Source: Octopus vulgaris (lineage: Eukaryota). From it: a stretch of DNA of 64,000 nt. The translations under genes and the position numbers were made by a program. The stretch's first letter is position 1. Each line of letters begins with the position of its first letter. Location of the stretch: assembly GCA_951406725.2 (NCBI GenBank), contig OX597819.1:39990001-40054000 (forward strand), given 5' to 3'. This document shows positions 55,662-64,000 of this stretch, piece after piece. The notes below the pieces were generated by a model. That model was not told the DNA's origin, made no database searches, and was given only the letters and a program-made list of their open reading frames with translations.

Positions 55662-57678
55662 GTGGTTCTGCATTTCTCGGAAGACATATTCCAAGGGGAA
55701 TGCAAGGGATGCTCTAGTGAAAGGAAGGTAAGGCTCCTTTTGCGGAAGCTTGCTACTCTGGAAGACGAAAGTTTTTGTAACTTTATTTTACCGAGAAAGC
55801 CCGCGGAATTGTGTTTTGATGAAACGATAACTATTTTGACTAATATTTTTAGCGAGAAAAGTTTGCAGTTTAACATTTGATGGGAATGTTTAAATTTAAA
55901 GAAAAACGAGTCCGATGATTTTGTAACATATGCCGGTATGGTTAATAAGGCTTACGAAAGGTTTAAGCTGGAAGAATTAACGCCAGATATGTTCAAGTGC
56001 ATAATATTCGTTAAAGGGCTAGTGGCAACGGAAGACGCTGAAATTAGAAAAAGAATATTATCAAAGTTGAATTAAGATGTGAAACTCACTTTACAGAAAG
56101 TGGCTGAGGAATGCCAATAAATAATAAACCTTTGAGATGATACAAGAAAGATAGAAGACAAAAATGATAATGTACAAATGTGTAATGAAAGTACAAAAAG
56201 AAGGAAAAATTTAAATTCAAAACGGTGCTATGGTTGCGGAAATCGACATTTGAGGAAAGATAGCCCCTATAAAGATAAAACCCGTTTTAAGTGTGGTAAA
56301 ATTGGACATATACAGACGAAATGCCGGTCAAAGAAAATGGTAAAACAGAAGAAAGTCTACTCAACAAAAATACCAGACAAAACCAAAAATTTGTGTTGGT
56401 AGAAATAAATGGGTTTCAGACCAAAATGCAATTAGATACCGATTCAGACGTATTGATAATAAATACGGCAACATGGAGTAAGATAGGCAGGCCGTTGTAT
56501 AAAAAAAACTACTAGGATAGCCGACGGTGTGTCAGGGGAACGAGTTCAATTCTTGGGCGAAATTTCACCAGCAATAAAACTTAAAAAGAGGACGCGGAAA
56601 TGTAAACTAATGGTATCTAAGAATACAATGAATCTGTTCAGGACAGATTTAATGGAAGGATTCGACCTGTGGGATCTATCACTGAATGCATTATGTAACA
56701 AGGTGAATGCGTCCCAGTCCGTGTCAGAGAAAGCACCGGAAAAAATGAAAATAAAATTGAAAAAGATGTACCATGATATTTTTTCGAAAGAGCTCGGTAT
56801 GTGTAAAAAAATTAAAGTAAAGTGTGAGTTGAAAGAGTGGAGGCGCGGTTTCGATTCTCAGACCGGGCGTTGTGTGTGTTTATTGAGCAAAACACCTAAA
56901 GCTCCACGAGGCTCTGGCAGGGAGTGGTGGCGCCCCTGTTGTAGTCTTTCATTCCAACTTTCCTTCACTCTTTCTTCCTGTTTCTTGAGTAACGCTGCGA
57001 TGGACTGGCGTCCCGCCCAGCTGGGGTGAACACATACGCCAAAGAAACCGGGAAATCGGGCCCATAAGCCTGGCTAGGCTTGAAAAGGGCGCATAAATAA
57101 TAAAAAAATTGAGTTGAAAGAAAATGCGGTGCCGGTGTTCAAACCGAAAAGGAATGTACCTTTTGCGGCGTTAAGTCAAGTTGAGAAGGAATTAAAAAAA
57201 TTGGAAGACATGGAAATAATTGAAAAAGTAGACTACTCTGAGTAGGCGGCTCCTATGGTATATATAAAAAAGAAGAACAACGAGGTAAGGGTATGTGCGG
57301 ACTTCGCAACTGGTCTTAATGATTGTTTAAAAAATCACAATTATCCGCTTCCAAACACAGAAGAAATATTTGCTAATTACTGGTAGATGAAGAATGTGCT
57401 AAAGTATTAACAATCAATACTCATAAAGGTCTGTACCGTTTCAAAAGACTGTCATTTGGGGTAAAGGTCGCACCAGCAGATTGTGAGTTCGCGGTCCCAT
57501 ACTTGGATGACATATTGATCAAAAGTGAATCAAGGGACCAACATATTGAACATATAGAAGAGGTTTTCAAACGAATATGTGATTACGGGTTTAAAGTAAG
57601 GGAAGATAAATGCGAATTTTTCTTGACAAAAAAAAGTACTTAGGACAGGTGATTGATGAAAACGGACGAAAACCGGAC

Positions 57679-57680
<2 letters not shown>
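55662..57680 (+). mobile_element. Gypsy/Ty3 LTR-retrotransposon internal remnant (gag, protease, RT)
   Basis: KVRLLLRKL..ILPRKP; knuckles CYGCG..H and KCGKIGHIQTKC; MQLDTDSD; AAPMVYIKKK..RVCADF; FGVKVAP; YLDDILI. Confidence 0.88.
56837..57109 (+). mobile_element. SINE inserted in the Gypsy remnant
   Basis: 12-bp TSD tgagttgaaaga (56825-36, 57110-21); A-rich tail. Confidence 0.88.
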
Positions 57681-57751
<71 letters not shown>

Positions 57752-58968
57752 TGAGAATGTGTGTCTATCTGTCTGTGTGAATCCCTAAAACTTGAGAACT
57801 ACACAACCAATTTCATTCAAATTTTTCACATGCCTTACTTAGGGTCCATGGAGTGTCATGGGCAAAAGGAAATTTTTAACTTCTTGCCTAGGGCGAGCCC
57901 ATAGCAATATCATATATTCCTATTTCAGTATTACGTATTGAAAGTGAAACAAAAACATCTCTCTATTGTAATGTCAGATACTTTCACTTTAACAATAAAA
58001 ATTAGAGATAATAATAACAATTGAATTATATGTATTAAGTAATAATTAAAATCAAACTAAAGTATAATATAATAATTAAATCGTAATATAACAATTAAAA
58101 GTAAAAATAGCAATTGGTATAAAATTGCATCAATGACTTGAACTTGAATAAGTGGTTTCACATGAATGGGAATAATTTTAAAATAAAATTAAAGTGCAGA
58201 ACTGGAATAGTCCAGATGGAGCTGTACACATACACTTTACCACGGCTTTTAAATTAGATTATCTGCTAATTAGCTAGCATTAAGTATCTATATGAAGTTT
58301 GGCAGTTTGGCTGTATGTAATATCTATTCTCTGGAACATACGCTTCTACTGAGTACTGCTTTTTGATTCACCGTAAAGTTTGTTGATATTATTATTACTG
58401 TTTAACTATTATTATCACGTTTGTTGGTTTCTCGTAAGGGAAGCGTTGTTGTGTTGTATTTGTTAAATAATTGTTAACCGTACCCCTCCCCCTTTGGGGG
58501 AAGGAGCTTTGGTTATTGTTTAAGAATTGAATTGTGTCCCTGTTTGGGGAAATTGATAATATTTTCACCGTTTATACGGAAGCATTTTTGTAAAAATGTC
58601 TTCGATAGAAGAAAGTTCAAAAATGAATTTCGCTACAGCTATCGGCGGGCGCGAACTCATTAAAATTAAAATGGAAGAAATACAAACCTATTTCGGAATG
58701 ATCATCGACAAAGACGGTGAATCTAGGATAACACCACCAAACGAAATAAAAAAAAAATTAAAGAAAAGACTATTGTCTATAAAGTATACAATGTAGAGAA
58801 AAAAAAGAGATTTGAACACCTGGAGGAAAGCACCATCGAAAAGTGTCTTGGTGCGACTATGAAAAATATCAAGTATCTAAAGCAAGTTTCGAGTCAACGG
58901 AGCGTGCAAGAGAGTACTCAACTCGAACCTTGATTTCACTCCTGAGCAACGCCGGGTATCTCTGCTAA
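57681..58968 (+). mobile_element. Non-autonomous Helitron containing a LINE ORF1 fragment
   Basis: ctata..aaaa..tgtgtgtct start like 60180; 3' cctgagcaacgccggg..tgCTAA|T like the ends at 6816 and 61105. Confidence 0.7.
58596..58890 (+). pseudogene. Tx1/L1-type ORF1 N-terminal fragment
   Basis: NFATAIGG (cf. SFFAAVGG), RITPP (cf. RVTPP), and after a frameshift KTIVYKVYN (cf. RTVVYKIYN). Confidence 0.75.
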
Positions 58969-59019
58969 TATATATATATATATATAATACATATATGTAT
59001 GCATATATATATGTGTGTT

Positions 59020-59066
<47 letters not shown>

Positions 59067-59169
59067 AAGAGACTTGTTGGTTAAGGCGGGAACAATTCGA
59101 GAAGATATAAATTAAACTACAAAAAATAAAACAAAACAAAGTTGAAGTTTTTACCTTAGATTTCTTCAG

Positions 59170-60035
59170 GACATGTGGACATTGTATGCATATGTTCTTT
59201 GATTCGAATGTACAATTTCCTGGTGATGCTCCCAGTGTAGAAAGCCCCACACTTTCTGTAGACTACCTCGTATACTAGATAGGCCGGATCTTTTCGGTTT
59301 GAACGGCAGTCTTTAACATAATTTCTAGGCAACTAAAAAATTTTAAACTTCATATACTGGTAGAATGTGCTTATAAAACATCTTTTTCTCTTCGCTTTAT
59401 TGAGAAAATTCTATAGTTTGTAAGATATTTGTTGTTTTTTCTTCAATTTCTGCAGTTTCAACCAATCACTGACGTCTATTGAGGTAAAAAAAAATGCTGT
59501 GCCGTATGAATATGTTCCTCGTCTAAGAAACAGATTGGATTTATTTACATTTCTGATGAAAAAAAGATACCCTTCCCCCCACCCCTAACCCTAACCCTAA
59601 AACAGATTGAAATGCAATAGATCGATACTAGAGTCATAATTATGGGTGACAATTTCATATGACACCGCTAGAAAAAACTGCCGTTCAAACCGAAAAGATC
59701 CGATAGGCCCTTGAGCATATTTTGAAGTCGTCGATGGGGCAACTGGATATCGTGCAGCCCACAGTGCTATCTGTGGTATTATTGTTAGACAGAAATTTCC
59801 TCAGGAATGGGCGGTGTGTACCATCTGTATGTTGAATCCCTTCCCGCAGATTGCATATTGTATAGCACCATTGGTTCTGTCATCGAAATAGGGCAGTTTA
59901 AGGAAGCACATGTCAGACTTGGGATCATGGGCCCAAGGGATTATGGGCCCATGTGATATACGAAGTAGTCTGTTGTTGTAGTCTATTATTGGGGTCGGTT
60001 CTTCTCTCTATTTCTATCAATGTCTTTCTTTCTGG
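59170..60035 (-). pseudogene. Penelope-like GIY-YIG fragment split by a MITE
   Basis: With 59286-59709 removed, the minus strand reads CPIDDFKICSRAYLVYEVVYRKCGAFYTGSITRKLYIRIKEH. Confidence 0.8.
59286..59701. mobile_element. MITE, probably Merlin superfamily
   Basis: 25-bp perfect TIR ggatcttttcggtttgaacggcagt with GG termini; 8-bp TSD gataggcc (59278-85, 59702-09). Confidence 0.85.
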
Positions 60036-60041
60036 ACTGTA

Positions 60042-61186
60042 TGAGGGGGTGCTGAAAAGTTCTTAGCTTTAAGGGTGTCACGAAATGCCTGGATGGAGGT
60101 CCAACCTTCTAAGTTTTTTTACAGGGCTTGGAAAAAATTAAGGCCCGCTTCAATAAGTGTGTGAATCTGAGAGGGAATATCTATATATATAAAAGTGAAG
60201 TTGTGTGAGTGTCTGTCTCCTACGATTTAGATTCCTAACTACTCCCACATTTTGCGGTGCAGTTTAACCAAATTCGGGTATCTTATAGTCGTGATACATA
60301 TCGAGCCCGTCTGGGTATTAGCGCGCGTCTACGATGAGTTTACGATTTTAAAAATAATTTACCATAATTTTTTTCCATTATAACGCATATTTTTTCGTGT
60401 GTCGATGGCGGCGGAGTTGGCGTCCATGCTCACACCTGCACCTGTGTTGCTTCTCCCCCTTCTTCCCTCCCTCGTGAAGCTGTGGGGAAGGGAGTGTAAG
60501 GAAATCAACGTTGTAAAGCGTTGTCAAGGAGACCAGCGTTCTTTTAGAACAACGACTTCATGGCTTGAAGTCGCCAAAACAGAAATCGCTAAAAAAGCTA
60601 AAACAGATCCACAAAAACGACAAAAACCGTAACACAGGGCAGGTTTCCTGTGCAAAAAAATTGCACAACCGAATGTTTTAGTTGTTGCACAAATCTTTAT
60701 ATATAAGTGAAGTTTTATATATAAGTGAAGTTGTGTGTCTGTCTCCTACGATTTAGATTCCTAACTACTCCCACATTTTGCGGTGCAGTTTAACCAAAAC
60801 CGGGTATCTTATAGTCGCGAGTCATATCGAGCCCTTCTGGGTATTAGCGCGCGTCTACGATGAGTCTACGATTTTTAAAATAATTTACCATAATTTTTTT
60901 CCATTTTAATGCATTTTTTTGCTATTATATAAGGGAAGTAACTCTCTAAAAATGTCTACGATGAGTCAACGATTTAAAAAAATTTACTATAATTTTTTTT
61001 CCATTTTTAATGCATTTTTTTGCTATTTTTTTGGCTATAACTCTCTAAAAATGCTTTATAGTTATTTCCCTTACAAACCCGAGCAACGCCGGGCGATACT
61101 GCTAGTGTTAAATAAAATCATAATTAACTGATCCTCCTGCATTTTCTTTTACCCACAGCCAAGAACTTTTCAGCAGCACCTCCTCG
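60042..61186. mobile_element. Mariner-like MITE split by a Helitron
   Basis: TA-tgagggggtgctgaaaagttct ... agaacttttcagcagcacctcctcg imperfect TIRs. Confidence 0.75.
60180..61105 (+). mobile_element. Non-autonomous Helitron with an internal ~200-bp duplication
   Basis: A|TC start; cccgagcaacgccggg hairpin; CTAG|T end; ~60187-60385 repeats at ~60718-60920. Confidence 0.9.
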
Positions 61187-61229
61187 TGTAAGTGATTCTT
61201 ATGTCCAACCGTTCCACAATATTAAGATG

Positions 61230-61740
61230 TGGAGGCGCAATGGCCCAGTGGTTAGGACAGCGGACTCGCGGTCGTAGACTCGCGGTTTCGATTCCCAGAC
61301 CGAACATTGTGAGTGTTTATTGAGCGAAAACACCTAAAGCTCCCCGAGGTTCCGGCAGGGGGTGGTGGCGATCCCTGTTGTACTCTTTCGCCACAACTTT
61401 CTCTCACTCTTTCTTCCTGTTTCTGTTGTACCTGTATTTCAAAGGGCCAGCCTTGTCACACTCTGTGTCACGCTGAGTCTCCCCGAGAACTACGTTAAGG
61501 GTACACATGTCTGTGGAGTGCTCAGCCACTTGCACGTTAATAAATGAGCTGCGACGTCACTGGTGCCAAGCTGTATCGACTTTTGCTTTTCCCTTGGATA
61601 ACATCGGTGGCGTGGAGAGGGGAGGCTGGTATACGTGGGCGACTGCTGGTCTTTCATAAACAACTTTGCCCAGACTTGTGCCTCGGAGTATAACTTTCGA
61701 AGTGCAATCCCATGGTCATTCATGACCGAAGAGGGTCACA
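61230..61740 (+). mobile_element. Full-length tRNA-derived SINE
   Basis: Head tggcccagtggttagg..ggtttcgattcc; TSD acaatattaagatg/acaatactaagatg. Confidence 0.9.
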
Positions 61741-62239
61741 ACAATACTAAGATGGATAACTCCAACTGGATTATGGGATTCACACGCAGCGTTCAGCGAT
61801 AGGTTCTGCGGCTTTTTCTGTGTAATTATCTATCATAATGTTGAGTGTGAATCAGAGAGGGGGTGGACAGAGAGAGAAACAGAGAGACGGGTGGTAGAGG
61901 CAAAGACAGAGTGAAAGGGAAGAAGTGAGGGAAGAAGGATGTGAGAGAGTAAGGAAGGGGGGGAAACAGAGGAAAGAGAAAAAAGAGAGAAAAACACTAA
62001 TACAGAGAGCAAAGAAGGGGGGGTGAATCATGATCGTGAAAAAGGCGGAGATTCCTGCGCGTATTTTATTTATTCCGTAATAAAATCGTTTCCCTTTTAA
62101 AACCTATTTTACAATAAACACAAAACAATGACTTTCACACGCACGCAAACATGCATGCATACTTACATATGTGCATTATGCATACATACTTACATACATG
62201 CATGTACGTACATACAATTATACATGGGAACACATAAAC

Positions 62240-62274
<35 letters not shown>

Positions 62275-62279
62275 ACATT

Positions 62280-62678
62280 ATGTATGTATGTATGTATGCA
62301 TGTATGTATGTATGCATGTATGTATGTATGTATGCATGATGTATGTATGTATGCATGTATGTATGTTTGTATGCATGCATGATGTATGTATGTATGCATG
62401 TATGTATGTATGTATGCATGCATGCATGTATGTATGTATGTATGTATGCATGCATGTATGTATGTATGTATGTATGTATATATGTATGTATGTATGCATT
62501 CATGTATGTATGTATGTATGTATGTATGCATTCATGTATGTATGTATGTATGTATATATGTATGTATGTATGCATTCATGTATGTATGTATGTATGCATT
62601 CATGTATGTATGTATGTATATATGTATGTATGTATGTATGCATTCATGTATGTATGTATGTATGTATGTATGCATGCA

Positions 62679-62714
<36 letters not shown>

Positions 62715-62730
62715 TGTATGTATGTATGTA
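62280..62730. repeat. Degenerate (TATG)n microsatellite
   Basis: Direct observation. Confidence 0.95.
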
Positions 62731-62949
62731 TAGAGTTACACAAACACGCTCACTGTAATGCTATTTACGTATGTCAAGATGTAATTACTGAAACAAAAGA
62801 AATATACACAAATTTGCGCACATTCACAAACATAAACACATAAAATATATATACATTTACGCACATGCACAGTAACACACGCGCGCGCGTTTATACACAT
62901 CCATACAAACACACAAGCATACATGCACACACATACATTCATACTTATA

Positions 62950-62985
<36 letters not shown>

Positions 62986-63032
62986 CACACACGTATATAC
63001 ATGCATACATGCATGCACGCATGTATACATAC

Positions 63033-63165
<133 letters not shown>

Positions 63166-63364
63166 TATGTTTGTATGTATGTATGTATATGTATGTATAT
63201 ATATATATACGTATGCGCGCGCCCACATAGACATATACACCCTTACACACACATACATACATGTACTTACTCATCTTATCAAAGCCTCCAACAGATGCAG
63301 AATTACAGAAATAAATTAGAAAATGTAAAATTTGATAGTTACCACAAATTTTATACAAAAAGAC

Positions 63365-63399
<35 letters not shown>

Positions 63400-63691
63400 G
63401 TAAACAATAACAAAAATAAAAAACAAAAAAATATATATAAAATTCTAATAAAGTCATTTGCAGAATCTGAAATGGTTCTTGTTGGTTGTTGAAGTGGTAG
63501 CGAGGAGGGGGAGGGTGTGGTTTAAGGAAACTATGTATGGAGCGTATAAGGTGATTATTTCGAAGAATTAATAATACAAATTGAATAAAATAAATTACAA
63601 AATGTAACAGAAACCAATACAAAAAAAAAGCATCACCAAAACAAAGCAAGAACCTATTTCAAATTGAACAGCAAATTTAACAAAATATATA

Positions 63692-63764
<73 letters not shown>

Positions 63765-63767
63765 ATA

Positions 63768-63816
<49 letters not shown>

Positions 63817-64000
63817 GGGAAAATAAACGAATAAAAGGCCCACAAAAAAAATTACAATATAAATAATATAAGGTGGGCTAAACCAATACAGCTAAATAAA
63901 CGACGGCACGCGACGCCACAGGCTTTTAGTAATTTCCAGATATAGTTTTAATTAATTCATCCCCTCTAGTATTTGTTTATTTGTGCAATGATCTTAGAAT

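Noticed and set aside
59583-59600. Telomere or chromosome-fusion site
   Set aside because: Only three units, located inside a MITE.
61230-61305. tRNA gene
   Set aside because: It is the tRNA-like head of a SINE, continuing into a repeat body with a TSD.

Overview
AT-rich, microsatellite-dense animal DNA. The SINE families and (TA)/(TAA)/(TATG) tracts suggest an octopus or other coleoid cephalopod (inference). I cannot support any host protein-coding exon; the window is almost entirely nested transposable elements: Tx1/L1, R4/Dong-type and RTE LINEs, a Gypsy remnant, Penelope-like elements (PLEs), Helitrons, mariner and Merlin-type DNA elements, and tRNA-derived SINEs. Most ORFs in the supplied track are microsatellite artefacts. 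The main find is a 2.4-kb element at 1697-4126 with Penelope-type architecture (inverted 5' copy, 183-bp direct pseudo-LTRs, 13-bp TSD) and a type I hammerhead ribozyme, but no RT or endonuclease. It carries a Tx1/L1-type ORF1 cassette (RRM-like region + CCHC knuckle) flanked by a 17-bp duplication. Removing that cassette leaves a 358-nt, highly base-paired, retrozyme-like monomer. Several more hammerhead or hammerhead-like motifs occur at PLE 3' ends, and the same ORF1 family appears in three different carriers (LINE, retrozyme, Helitron).
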